This document shows positions 42,480-52,066 of a DNA stretch of 64,000 bases, piece by piece (positions within the stretch are counted from its first letter, which is position 1; the number at the start of each line of letters is the position of its first letter). The notes under the pieces were generated by a model. The model ran no database searches. It saw nothing but the letters and a program-made list of their open reading frames with translations, and was not told the DNA's origin. Both the position numbers and the translations under genes were made by a program. Source of the DNA: an uncultured Candidatus Binatia bacterium (GTDB lineage Bacteria; Desulfobacterota; Binatia; UBA9968; JAJDTQ01); NCBI GenBank assembly GCA_965242525.1, contig OZ251459.1, positions 288,001-352,000 of the forward strand, read 5' to 3'.

Positions 42480-42917
42480 CTACCCGTTGATCGGCCCCAC
42501 GCCCTTCCACCACAACGCGAGGCGCCGGGCCAGTTGCAACAAGGGATAACCCGCCCGCGCCGCGCCCGGCAGGCCGAACGCGAGGCGGTGCAACAGGCCC
42601 GGGACGCTCCGGCGCCCGGACAACCCCGCGAGCACGTGCAGCGCCTCGCTGCCGCGATAGAAGCGCCCGTCCAGCTTGAGCACCATGCCCTCGTCCAGGT
42701 CGTACGGCAGGTTGCGGACCTGCTCCACCAGCGGGCCGCCCTCCCGCGCGTTGACGAGCGCCAGTTCGCCCACCGCCTCCTCGACGTCCAGGCGCAGCGC
42801 ATAGTTCCGGCACAGCGGGCATTCGCCGTCATACACCAGCCACGCCTTCCCTGCGCCCTTTCCCGGACCGGACGGCATCCGGTCCTTTCCGGCCAACCTG
42901 TAGCGGTCTCTCACCAT
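42480..42917 (-). CDS. DCC1-like (DUF393) thiol-disulfide oxidoreductase family protein
   Basis: LVYDGECPLC motif, G.EAL..L, Y..L..RR. Confidence 0.8.
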   Translation of the reverse strand: MVRDRYRLAGKDRMPSGPGKGAGKAWLVYDGECPLCRNYALRLDVEEAVGELALVNAREGGPLVEQVRNLPYDLDEGMVLKLDGRFYRGSEALHVLAGLSGRRSVPGLLHRLAFGLPGAARAGYPLLQLARRLALWWKGVGPING

Positions 42918-42986
42918 CGGAACGACCCTGTCGAGCGTCCTCCCGAATTACCATCGAACGCCCCGGCGCGTCGAGTCCGTCTCCCG

Positions 42987-43034
42987 TGCAAGCCGGACAT
43001 GGTTTACAAAAGAAACCGGGAACATGGCTTACAC
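42987..43034. mobile_element. isolated IS end, IS481-like
   Basis: TGCAAGCCGG-ACATGGTTTACA..CCGGGA-ACATGGCTTACAC: two subterminal direct repeats 25 bp apart; no transposase in the window. Confidence 0.4.
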
Positions 43035-43087
43035 GTGATCGCCCCGTTGAGGCCAATGAAGGGCGGGAGAGAGTGATGGACTCCCAC

Positions 43088-43161
43088 CCCCGTTCGTCCT
43101 GAGCGTAGCGAAGCGAAGTCGAAGGACGCGCTCTTCCCCTGGAAGAGGGTCAGGGTGAGGG
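43088..43161 (+). repeat. REP core copy 3 fused to a second REP type (CTCTTCC-CCT-GGAAGAG-GGTCAGGGTGAGGG)
   Basis: Identical 45-bp core at 43088-43132. Confidence 0.8.
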
Positions 43162-43215
43162 CGAGGACATGCGCAGTGCTTGCATGTCAGGCCGTGCTCG
43201 GCAACAAAGGAGACG

Positions 43216-43266
43216 ATGACGGCAGCGAACCACACGAATCTGACGGCCGCAGCCGAAACGTACTTT
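43216..43266 (+). pseudogene. 17-codon gene stub cut by a MITE
   Basis: AAGGAG SD followed by MTAANHTNLTAAAETYF, after which the repeat starts exactly at 43267. Confidence 0.35.
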
Positions 43267-43376
43267 GGAACCTCCGATCAATCCCGGCTTGAGGCGCCTC
43301 TCCCCATGGGAAAGCGCGTCCTTCGACTTCGCTTCGCTACGCTCAGGACGAACGGGGGCAATCGTTCAGGGTTTCC
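43267..43376 (-). mobile_element. ~110-bp MITE-like element (copy 4) with imperfect terminal inverted repeats
   Basis: Ends GGAACCTCCGATCAAT and (reverse) GGAAACCCTGAACGAT; reverse core at 43313-43357. Confidence 0.6.
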
Positions 43377-43382
43377 GGTGGG

Positions 43383-43421
43383 CTTTCGCGGGAATGACAG
43401 GGTGGAGTCCGCGGGAATGAC
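43383..43421. repeat. third REP type, CGCGGGAATGAC x2
   Basis: CTTTCGCGGGAATGAC at 43383 and CCGCGGGAATGAC at 43409. Confidence 0.55.
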
Positions 43422-43456
43422 CGCGTGGGGCGCGCCGTCGAGCTTGGGATGAACGC

Positions 43457-44491
43457 ATGGGTTGCCTGGACTTCCGACCTGCATGGGAGTTGCTCTATCG
43501 CAGCGGCCTTTCTGCCGCCGTCGGCCGCCGTTACGCCGGCATCGGGGCCATCTTCGCTTTCCACCGCGTGGCGCCCGACGTGTCCGTCCATCTGGACCGG
43601 GAGTTGTACGTCAGCGCCGGGTTCCTGGAGGCCTGGTTGGCGTCGGTGCGCAAGGCCGGCGTCCGGGTGGTCTCCATGGACGCCGCGGTGGAGCGCATCC
43701 GGGACCCCGGCCCCCGTCCCTCCGGGCGGCGTTTCGTCGTGGTCGCCTTCGACGACGGGTATGCCGACAACGTCACCTGCGCCCTGCCCGTACTGGAAAG
43801 GTTCGACGCGCCGTTCACTGTATATGTCACGACGGACCTGGTGGACGGCGGCGGCTATCCGTGGTGGCTCGGGTTGGAGCGCCTGTTCCGGGACAACGAT
43901 AGGGTTGACGCGGCGCCCATGGGGAGGGCGTTCACCGCCGCGTCCCTGGAGGAAAAGCGTAGAGCCGTGGCGCAAGTGACCGACTGGGTGGCCGCGGACA
44001 TGGAACGGCGCGCGCCGCTGCTGCGCCGGGTCTTCGATCGTTACGGCGTGTCCATGGGCGCCGCGGCCAGGGAGGCTGGACTGTCCCGGGAGCAACTGCG
44101 CGCGCTCGGCCGCCACCCGCTGGCGACCATCGGCGGCCATACCACGAGCCATCCCGAGTTGACGAGTCTGGGTGAGCCGCAGGCGTACCGTGAAATGGCC
44201 GACAACAAGGCATGGCTCGAGGACGTCTGCGGAAGCCCGATCCGTCACTTCGCCTATCCCTACGGCGCTTGCGGACCACGCGAAGCCGCGCTCGCCCGGA
44301 AAGCCGGTTTCGAGACCGCCGCAACCGTCGAGTCCGGTTGCCTGTTCCCCGAGCATCGGGACCATCTCCTGGCCCTGCCGCGATGCTCGGGCCGGGGTTC
44401 CCGGATGTGGCTGAGCTTCATGCACGCCCAACGGCACGGCCTGCCGCGTTTCATCCGGAGCCGGGGCGGCTGTCCCGTGGCCACGCTCTGA
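43457..44491 (+). CDS. polysaccharide deacetylase (NodB/CE4 family)
   Basis: FHRV, AFDDGYAD, IGGHTTSHPEL, HFAYPYG. Confidence 0.88.
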   Translation: MGCLDFRPAWELLYRSGLSAAVGRRYAGIGAIFAFHRVAPDVSVHLDRELYVSAGFLEAWLASVRKAGVRVVSMDAAVERIRDPGPRPSGRRFVVVAFDDGYADNVTCALPVLERFDAPFTVYVTTDLVDGGGYPWWLGLERLFRDNDRVDAAPMGRAFTAASLEEKRRAVAQVTDWVAADMERRAPLLRRVFDRYGVSMGAAAREAGLSREQLRALGRHPLATIGGHTTSHPELTSLGEPQAYREMADNKAWLEDVCGSPIRHFAYPYGACGPREAALARKAGFETAATVESGCLFPEHRDHLLALPRCSGRGSRMWLSFMHAQRHGLPRFIRSRGGCPVATL

Positions 44492-46574
44492 CGGACCCGC
44501 GGCCGTGTCCGCCCACCGGTATCTCCGCGGTCCAGCCCTCGATCCGGCTCCGGATCCCGTAGGAGAACGGTTCGGAGAAGTACAGTCCCGTCCGGATGAC
44601 GGAGAGGGGATAGTCGGGGAGTGAAAGGACGGCGATGCACTTCCCGTCGAACAGCGTGAGGCGCTTGCGGAACCGGAAGTCGAGGTCGCCGGAGCCGTAG
44701 CGCCGGCGCAGTCTGCGCAGGTCTTCCGGGACCGCATCCACGAAGATCCAGTCCCCGACGTCCTCCCGGACGCAGGGCTGCTTGACGTAGGCCAGCGTGT
44801 GGTCACCGAGATAGACGTCGAAGCGGGAGTGCGCTGCGGGGTCTCCGGAGGACACGACCCGTTGGTACGCGGCCCGGTACGACTCCACCAGGTCGTCGAT
44901 ACCCGCGGCGTCGTACAGGAACACCCGTTGGTTGTCGGGGGTGAGCAGGGCGCGGCTCTCCACGCGGTCGCGGGTGACGAGGAAGTCCGCGCTGCGGGCG
45001 GCGGCTTCCACGTCGGGGGAGTGCGTCAGGACGCTTCCGGCGAGGTAGTATTTCCATGCGTGGCGCGGCCGTGTGGCCTGCGTGGACCATTCCGGCTGCA
45101 CGGACTCGAGCACCAGGACCACCTTCCTCCGGGTGGTTTCGCGGATGGCTCCGAGTTCGGCCATGGCGGTCTGCTGGAGTTCGGCCGCCCGTGGGTCCGG
45201 TCCCCATCGTTGGTCCATCTGGAAGGCGGAGGCCGCGAAGGCGAGCAGGGCCGCGGCGGCAAGGCCGACTGCCGGACGAGACCCCCATCGCTCGCGGAAG
45301 TACAGCAGGAGCAGCGAGTAGAGCGCCAGCGGGACGCCCACGTAGTACAGGGCGTCGTGGTTATGGTGTACGGAATTGTGGCGCATGGGCAGGGCCCAGC
45401 AGAACCCGGACAGGGCAAGGGCGGCCAGCAGGAGGCGTTGCCGCCCTTCCAGCAGCGGCCTCGCAAGGCGAACGAGGGCCGCGGCTGCTCCCACGGCCAG
45501 GAGCAACGCCAGGATGTATACCGACAACTCCGGCCCCGAGATGCCCGGGGCCGAAAGGCCGAGGTCGAGGAACCACCCCGCCGGATCGACTGCCCGGTGG
45601 GTGAGCAGGAACGGAACGGAGGCCACGCAGACGCGAAAGAACTGCTGGCGCAGGAAGTCCGGCCACCAACCCACCGGGGCGAAGTCCCGGTCCAGTCCGG
45701 TGCGCCTGAGCATGGACTGGACCGATGGCAGTTCGGTCACCGGGGTCTCGCCTCCGAGGGCGGCGTACTCGTTGGCGAAGTTGAAGGCGAGGAGGGCTGC
45801 TCCGAACAGCAGCGCGGCCAAGCCCAGGGCGGTGTAGCGGCTGCGCAGCACTGCAGCTGCAACGGAGCGCAAACGGAGCCGGGGCGCAGTTCCGTGCTTC
45901 CATGCCCGAAGGGCTTCCCGGGCAAGACCCAGGAGGATGAAGGGAAGCAGGAAGGCGTACACGTGCCAGCCCAGCAGCAGCGCCACGCCGGTCTTGGCCA
46001 GCAACTGCCGGAACCGTCCCTCCTGCACGAAGACGGTCATGCCGTGGAAGGCCAGCATGACCGCGAACAGGCCCATGCCGTACTCGTTGGAAACCGCGTC
46101 GCCGTAGAACAGCATGTAGTAGGAGGAGAAGGCCATCGAGGTGGCTGCCAGTGCGACCCAGGGGCGGGAGGTGATGCGTGCGAGGGAGTGGAAGGCGAGG
46201 ACCGCGGCGGCGCTGAACAGGAGCAGCATGAGGATGCGGGCGGCCAGGATCTTTGCGGAGAGGTCGTTTCCGAAGGGGAGGATGGCGAGCTTGAGGATGG
46301 CGTAACCGCCGACGGGAAAGCGGCTGTACATCCGGTATTTCGGGGCGCCGCCCGGTCTCGCGCGCAACTCCGTGAACAACCGGAAACCGTGGTCGGGGGA
46401 CAGGTTCTCGGCGACGGCCAGGTTTATGGAGGAAATCCCGTCATGGGCGCCGGGACGGTAGAAACGTGCCTTGTCCACGCCGTACAGGAACAACGTGGAC
46501 AGCGCGAGCAGCAGCAACGGCAGGGCAAGGCGTGGGGGCCGGTTTCGAGCCCAGTGGATCAGGGCGTCTCGCAT
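44451..46574 (-). CDS. uncharacterised polytopic membrane protein, GT-C/ArnT-like, paralog B
   Basis: MRDALIHW..LALPLLLLALSTLFL..AENLSP..SRFPVGGY; colinear with paralog A over its full length. Confidence 0.65.
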   Translation of the reverse strand: MRDALIHWARNRPPRLALPLLLLALSTLFLYGVDKARFYRPGAHDGISSINLAVAENLSPDHGFRLFTELRARPGGAPKYRMYSRFPVGGYAILKLAILPFGNDLSAKILAARILMLLLFSAAAVLAFHSLARITSRPWVALAATSMAFSSYYMLFYGDAVSNEYGMGLFAVMLAFHGMTVFVQEGRFRQLLAKTGVALLLGWHVYAFLLPFILLGLAREALRAWKHGTAPRLRLRSVAAAVLRSRYTALGLAALLFGAALLAFNFANEYAALGGETPVTELPSVQSMLRRTGLDRDFAPVGWWPDFLRQQFFRVCVASVPFLLTHRAVDPAGWFLDLGLSAPGISGPELSVYILALLLAVGAAAALVRLARPLLEGRQRLLLAALALSGFCWALPMRHNSVHHNHDALYYVGVPLALYSLLLLYFRERWGSRPAVGLAAAALLAFAASAFQMDQRWGPDPRAAELQQTAMAELGAIRETTRRKVVLVLESVQPEWSTQATRPRHAWKYYLAGSVLTHSPDVEAAARSADFLVTRDRVESRALLTPDNQRVFLYDAAGIDDLVESYRAAYQRVVSSGDPAAHSRFDVYLGDHTLAYVKQPCVREDVGDWIFVDAVPEDLRRLRRRYGSGDLDFRFRKRLTLFDGKCIAVLSLPDYPLSVIRTGLYFSEPFSYGIRSRIEGWTAEIPVGGHGRGSVRAWPRDSRPGSG

Positions 46575-48025
46575 ACGCGGAAGTACATTTCCGAAAGGGA
46601 CGGCTCCATGACCGCGGCGTCCCGCATCTCCCTTGCGACCACGGGCCGCAGCGGCTCGTAGAGCCGGTTGACCTCCGCCATCACCGCCTCCTCGTCCATC
46701 TTCCGGAGCCGGCCCCCTGCCACCACGACCTCGCCGTTGACCAGCACCGTGTCCACCGAGCCGCCGTTCTCGCAGAACACGAGCTGGGCGGTGACGTCGT
46801 TCAACGGCGTGAACGCCGGCGTCCTGCGGTTCAGCAGGACCACGTCCGCGAGGCGGCCCGGCTCCAGCGCGCCGCAGTCCAGGCCGAAGGCCCGGGCGCC
46901 CCATCGGGTGGCCATGGACATGGCCTGGCGCGCGGTGACCCAGCGGTGGAAATCGTGGTCCCGGGTGTTGTGGACCAGGGCCGCGAGCCTCATGGCGTCG
47001 AACAGGTTCTGGTTGTCGTTGGAGCAGGCCCCGTCGGCGCCCAGGGCCACCCGGCCGCCCGCGGCCAGGAAGTCCGGTATGGGCGCCAGCCCGCTGCCCA
47101 ACCGCAGGTTGCTGGCCGGGTTGTGCACCGGCGTCGCCCCCCGCCTCACCATGATCTCCACGTCTTCCTCGTCGATCCACACGGAGTGGGCGGCGGAGAG
47201 GTTCGGCGTCACCAGGCCGAGGTCGTCCAGGTGCTTCAGCAGCGAGGTCCCGTAGAGCCTCGGCCCCATGAGCGCCTGGGAGCGGGACTCGGCGAGGTGG
47301 ATGTGGAGCGGGACCCCGCATCGGTCGGCGATGGCCGAAGCCCCCCGGAGCAGCTCGTCGGTGCAGCGCTGGACCGCGGAGGGTCCCGGACAGCAGGTGG
47401 TCAACCCCCGGGGGTCGTGCAGTTCCGCGATGAACTCCTCGATCTCGTCCAGCCAGCCGCGGGCGTCCCCGGTCTCGGCCCGGGTCATCCGGCCCACTTC
47501 GCCGCGGGCGTCTCCCTCCGGCGCGTCCAGGGGGATGGTTTCCTCGTAGGGCCGGTCGCTCACGGTCAGGGCCACCACGTGGCGCAACCCCAGGTCCCGC
47601 ATGGCGCGGACCGCTTCCCCGGCGCCGGTGAAGCGGCTGTCCCGGTTGCCGAAGAAATGGTCCAGCATGGTGGTGCAGCCGGTCTTGAGCATCTCCATGG
47701 CTCCGAGGATGGCGCTGGCGTAGAACAGGTCGTCGCTGCAGGCGCGCAGCGCCGCGCGCCAGTAGGCGCGCCAGATCTCCAGGGGCCGCGCGGGCATCAG
47801 GCCGCGGAAGACGTTGGCCGGGGAATGGCAGTGGGCGTTCACGAGGCCGGGGATGGCGATGAAGCCGCTGCCGTCGATGACCCGGTGGCCTTCTTCCCGG
47901 GGACAGCCGGAAGACGGCCCCACGTACTCCAGGCGGTCGCCGTCGATGACCAGGGAGCCGTGCTCGATCACCTCGTCCCGCTCGTTCATGGTAACGACCA
48001 GCGCGTCCTCGATCCGTTGCTTCAT
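46559..48025 (-). CDS. metal-dependent amidohydrolase (MTA/SAH deaminase / AtzA-like)
   Basis: PGLVNAHCH, HIHLAES, AHSVW, HNPASNLRLGSG, LGADG. Confidence 0.88.
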   Translation of the reverse strand: MKQRIEDALVVTMNERDEVIEHGSLVIDGDRLEYVGPSSGCPREEGHRVIDGSGFIAIPGLVNAHCHSPANVFRGLMPARPLEIWRAYWRAALRACSDDLFYASAILGAMEMLKTGCTTMLDHFFGNRDSRFTGAGEAVRAMRDLGLRHVVALTVSDRPYEETIPLDAPEGDARGEVGRMTRAETGDARGWLDEIEEFIAELHDPRGLTTCCPGPSAVQRCTDELLRGASAIADRCGVPLHIHLAESRSQALMGPRLYGTSLLKHLDDLGLVTPNLSAAHSVWIDEEDVEIMVRRGATPVHNPASNLRLGSGLAPIPDFLAAGGRVALGADGACSNDNQNLFDAMRLAALVHNTRDHDFHRWVTARQAMSMATRWGARAFGLDCGALEPGRLADVVLLNRRTPAFTPLNDVTAQLVFCENGGSVDTVLVNGEVVVAGGRLRKMDEEAVMAEVNRLYEPLRPVVAREMRDAAVMEPSLSEMYFRVCETP

Positions 48026-48059
48026 GGCGCCTGCCTTTCTCGATCCTGTCCCCGCCAAG

Positions 48060-48515
48060 TCACACGGCCGTCCGGTCGAGGTAGAGGCCCAGGAGGAACA
48101 CGACGGTCCCCAGGGCCACGTTGGCCGCCAGCAGGCGCAGCCACGGGTTCCGGGCCGGGCCGTCCGGGGGGCCTTCCGGCGCCGGGTCGTACCGGAACGC
48201 CTGGAGCGCGTGGTGCAGCGCCATGACCGCGGTCAGGACGGACTTGGCGCCCAGCGCGAGCAGGCTGCCGGAGCCCGCGGCCAGCGGGGAAGGGGCCCCC
48301 GGCAGCAGCAGCCCTCCCACCCCGGACAGTATGGCCAGGGGCGCCGCGGCCGCCGCCACCCGGTTCAGGCCCCGGCCGGCCCTCCGCAGGAGGTCCCGGC
48401 GCGCCTCCGCCGGCAACCGGCGGCTTGCCGGCAGGAGGATGCCCAGGACGAACACGTTGGCGCCCAGCCAGACGCTGAAGGACAGTATGTGGACCCACGG
48501 CACGAAGACTTGCAC
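48060..48515 (-). CDS. CopD-like four-TM membrane protein
   Basis: WVHIL..VWLG, ILSG, L.AK..L..H pattern; divergent from the cox operon. Confidence 0.55.
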   Translation of the reverse strand: MQVFVPWVHILSFSVWLGANVFVLGILLPASRRLPAEARRDLLRRAGRGLNRVAAAAAPLAILSGVGGLLLPGAPSPLAAGSGSLLALGAKSVLTAVMALHHALQAFRYDPAPEGPPDGPARNPWLRLLAANVALGTVVFLLGLYLDRTAV

Positions 48516-48664
48516 CCTTGCACCCGTTTCCCTTCCGGACCGCCGCCGCTCCGCGGATATAGCAGGGACCGCGGGGTTTCTCGACGGATTCCTTCGCCCT
48601 TGATACGTCAAGGCGGTTGTGTTAGCAAAGGGGACCATCCCACGAGGAGGTTCTCGAACTTGCC

Positions 48665-49324
48665 ATGATGCGCTGGCTCCCGGAGAACGTATCGACCTAC
48701 GGTGCCCAGATCGACTACCTGTTCTACCTCATCTACTACATCACCGGCGCGGCGCTGATCGCCGTCACCGTGCTGATGGTCCTCTTCCTCGTGATGTACC
48801 GGCAGAGGGAGGGGCGCAAGGCCGTCTATTCCCACGGCAACACCGCCCTGGAGGTCACCTGGACGGTCATCCCCGCGGTGATCCTGCTCATGCTCTCGTT
48901 CATGAGCATCTCCACCTGGGGCGAGATCAAGATCTACGCTCCGCCGGCCGAGTACGAGGTCAAGGTGGTGGGGAAGCAGTTCAACTGGGACGTGGTCCAT
49001 CCGGGACGAGACGGCAAGCTGGACACCGAGGACGACGTGAAGATCGAGAACGAGCTGCACGTGCCCGTGGACAAGGTGGTGCACGTGCAGCTTACGGCGT
49101 CGGACGTGATCCACAGCTTCTTCGTCCCGAACTTCCGGGTCAAGCAGGACGCCGTCCCCGGGCGCGACATCCTGGTCTGGTTCGAGGCCACGAAGCCCGG
49201 CAGGTACGAGCTCCCCTGCGCGGAGTTGTGCGGCTTCGGCCATTCGGGGATGCTCGGGTGGGTGTTCGTGCACACGCCCGAAGACTACGAGAAATTCCTC
49301 GAGGAGAACGCCGGGCAGGGTTGA
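48665..49324 (+). CDS. coxB: cytochrome c oxidase subunit II
   Basis: EVTWTVIP, DVIHSF, CuA ligands CAELCGFGHSGM. Confidence 0.95.
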   Translation: MMRWLPENVSTYGAQIDYLFYLIYYITGAALIAVTVLMVLFLVMYRQREGRKAVYSHGNTALEVTWTVIPAVILLMLSFMSISTWGEIKIYAPPAEYEVKVVGKQFNWDVVHPGRDGKLDTEDDVKIENELHVPVDKVVHVQLTASDVIHSFFVPNFRVKQDAVPGRDILVWFEATKPGRYELPCAELCGFGHSGMLGWVFVHTPEDYEKFLEENAGQG

Positions 49325-49385
49325 CCCGGCCGCGGCCGACCTTCCGGAAGGCCGCGTCTCCGAGGGCACAGGAGGAACATCGAGG

Positions 49386-51128
49386 ATGAGCGAAGCAGCG
49401 GCATCCGCCCACGCCGGCCACGAGGCCCACGGACCGTCGGGCTTCTGGGCGACCTACGTCTTTTCGACCGATCACAAGATGATCGGGCGGCAGTTCCTCT
49501 TCCTGGGGCTGTTCATGCTCCTCATCGGCGGCCTTCTCGCCATGCTGATCCGCTGGCAGCTCGCATGGCCGGAGACCGAGGTGCCCGGCATGGGGTGGGT
49601 GCCCGAGCCCACCATGTACGAAGGGATCATCCCGCCCCAGACCTACAACATGCTGTTCACCATGCACGCCACCATCATGATCTTCTTCGTGGTGATGCCC
49701 GTCATGGTGGGCGGCTTCGGCAACTTCCTGATCCCCATCATGATCGGCGCCCGGGACATGGCGTTCCCGTTGCTCAACATGCTGTCCTTCTGGGTGGGCG
49801 CGGTGTCCGGCGTCATCATGCTGGCGAGCTTCTTCGTCATCGGCGGGGCCGCGGCCGCGGGCTGGACGTCCTATACGCCCCTTTCCGGCGCCGCGGTCTT
49901 CACGGGGGTCAACTGGGGCATCAACCTGTGGGTCCTGAGCCTGTTCGTGCTGGCCTTCTCCTCGCTGATGGGCTCCATCAACTACATCACCACGGTGGTC
50001 AACATGAGGGCGCCGGGCATGACCTACTTCCGCATGCCCCTCTCCATCTGGTCCCTGTTCATCACCGCCATCCTGTTGCTGCTGGCCCTGCCGGTGCTCA
50101 CCGCGGCCCTGGGGATGCTCTTCTTCGACCGGGTCTTCGCCACCAACTTCTTCGTGCCCGCGGGCGGGATGCCGCTCCTGTGGCAGCACCTGTTCTGGTT
50201 CTTCGGCCACCCGGAGGTCTATATCCTGGTGCTTCCCGCCATGGGGGTCACCTCCGACATCCTCTCGGTGTTCTCGCGCAAGCCCATCTTCGGGTACCGG
50301 GCCATGGCCTTCTCCATGATCGCCATCGCCTTCCTCTCCTGGATCGTCTGGGGCCACCACATGTTCGTGAGCGGCATGAACCCGTTGCTGGGAACCGCGT
50401 TCATGCTCACCACCATGGTCATCGCGGTGCCCTCGGCCATCAAGACCTTCAACTGGCTGGGCACCCTCTGGGGCGGCTCCATCCGGTTCACGGTGCCGCT
50501 GCTGTTCGCCATCGGCTTCGTGTCGAACTTCGTCATCGGAGGACTCAGCGGCATCTTCATGGCGTCCACCCCGGTGGACATCTTCATCCACGACACCTAC
50601 TTCATCGTGGCGCACTTCCACTACGTGGTGGCGGGGATCATCTTCGCCATGTTCGCCGCCATCTACTTCTGGTTCCCCAAGATGTTCGGGCGCACCATGA
50701 GCAAGACCTGGGGCGTGGTGCATTTCGTGGGCACCTACGTGTTCTTCAACCTCACGTTCTTCCCCATGCACTTCCTGGGCGTGGGAGGGCACATCCGCCG
50801 TATCTACAACCCCATGCAGTACGAGTACCTGGAGCAGTTCGCGGACATGAACGTGTTCATCACCGTCAGCGCGTTCTGCCTCGCGGCGTCCCAGGTGCCC
50901 TTCCTCGTGAACTTCCTCTGGAGCCTCTTCGCCGGCGAGAAGGCGTCGGACAACCCCTGGGAGGCCAACACCCTGGAGTGGTCGGCGCCCTCGCCGCCGC
51001 CCCACGGGAACTTCGCGGCCCTGCCGCAGGTTTACCGCGGCCCCTATGAATACAGCTCCCCGGAGGCGCAGGAAGACTGGCTGCCCCAGGACCGACCGCT
51101 CGGCGCCGCGGCTGCCGCGGGGCATTGA
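49386..51128 (+). CDS. coxA: cytochrome c oxidase subunit I (A1-type)
   Basis: TDHK, MHATIM, WFFGHPEVY, WGHHM, VAHFHYV. Confidence 0.97.
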   Translation: MSEAAASAHAGHEAHGPSGFWATYVFSTDHKMIGRQFLFLGLFMLLIGGLLAMLIRWQLAWPETEVPGMGWVPEPTMYEGIIPPQTYNMLFTMHATIMIFFVVMPVMVGGFGNFLIPIMIGARDMAFPLLNMLSFWVGAVSGVIMLASFFVIGGAAAAGWTSYTPLSGAAVFTGVNWGINLWVLSLFVLAFSSLMGSINYITTVVNMRAPGMTYFRMPLSIWSLFITAILLLLALPVLTAALGMLFFDRVFATNFFVPAGGMPLLWQHLFWFFGHPEVYILVLPAMGVTSDILSVFSRKPIFGYRAMAFSMIAIAFLSWIVWGHHMFVSGMNPLLGTAFMLTTMVIAVPSAIKTFNWLGTLWGGSIRFTVPLLFAIGFVSNFVIGGLSGIFMASTPVDIFIHDTYFIVAHFHYVVAGIIFAMFAAIYFWFPKMFGRTMSKTWGVVHFVGTYVFFNLTFFPMHFLGVGGHIRRIYNPMQYEYLEQFADMNVFITVSAFCLAASQVPFLVNFLWSLFAGEKASDNPWEANTLEWSAPSPPPHGNFAALPQVYRGPYEYSSPEAQEDWLPQDRPLGAAAAAGH

Positions 51129-51145
51129 GGCCGAGGCCCGGGGGG

Positions 51146-52066
51146 ATGGCCGACGCCTGGCTCCATCGGTTGGCGCTGACCACGGCCGGCGCCACCCTGT
51201 TCCTGCTGTTCGTGGGCGCCCTGGTCACGAGCAAGGGCGCGGGGCTCGCGGTTCCGGACTGGCCCACGACCTTCGGCCACAACATGTTCCTGTTCCCGTG
51301 GGCGCGAATGGTGGACGGCGTATTCTACGAGCACAGCCATCGCCTGGTGGCGTCCGGCGTGGGCCTGCTGACGCTGGCGCTGGCGGCGTGCCTGTGGTGG
51401 AAGGAGCCTCGGGCCTGGGTCCGCCGGACCGGGGCCGCGGCGCTGGTGCTGGTGACGGTCCAGGGCGTGGTGGGAGGACTCCGGGTGGTGTGGCTGCAAG
51501 CGGACTTCGCCATCGTCCACGCGGCGCTGGCCCAGGCGTTCTTCGGCCTCATGGCGGCCCTGGCGCTGTTCACCTCCCGCGGCTGGCGGTCGGCCCGGCC
51601 CGTGCCCGCGGACCCGGTCGGGGCCTCGTTCCCGTGGTTCTGCCTCGCCGCCGCGCTGCTGATCTACGTGCAGAGCCTGCTCGGGGCCTTCGTGCGCCAC
51701 ACCGGCGCCGGGGTGGCCCCGCACGTGCTGATGGCGCTGGCGGTGACGGTCCAGACGGGTCTGCTGTGGGTGAAGGCGCTCCGACTCGGTGACGAAGCGC
51801 CGGTCTTCCGCTCCCTGGCGGCGTTGCTGGGGGTGCTGCTGGCGGCGCAGCTCGCGCTGGGCGCCGGCTCCTATGCGGCTCGTTTCCTGTCGTGGGGAGC
51901 GGCGTGGCGGCCCGACGTGACGGTGGCCCTGACCGCCGGCCACGTGGTGGTGGGAGCGCTGCTGCTGGCCTCGAGCGTGGTGGCCGCGTTGTGGGCGTTC
52001 CGCCTGTTCGGCGCCGGCCGCCTGCCCGCGCCGGGGGGCGCAGCGCCCGGGAGGGTGCCGGCGTGA
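51146..52066 (+). CDS. ctaA: heme A synthase (COX15/CtaA)
   Basis: GLAVPDWP, EHSHRL, QG..GG.RV, further His residues in TM helices. Confidence 0.88.
   Translation: MADAWLHRLALTTAGATLFLLFVGALVTSKGAGLAVPDWPTTFGHNMFLFPWARMVDGVFYEHSHRLVASGVGLLTLALAACLWWKEPRAWVRRTGAAALVLVTVQGVVGGLRVVWLQADFAIVHAALAQAFFGLMAALALFTSRGWRSARPVPADPVGASFPWFCLAAALLIYVQSLLGAFVRHTGAGVAPHVLMALAVTVQTGLLWVKALRLGDEAPVFRSLAALLGVLLAAQLALGAGSYAARFLSWGAAWRPDVTVALTAGHVVVGALLLASSVVAALWAFRLFGAGRLPAPGGAAPGRVPA

Noticed and set aside
32547-48025. Integrative island or prophage
   Set aside because: No integrase, att-flanked tRNA or phage genes are present, and core genes such as acs are interleaved.
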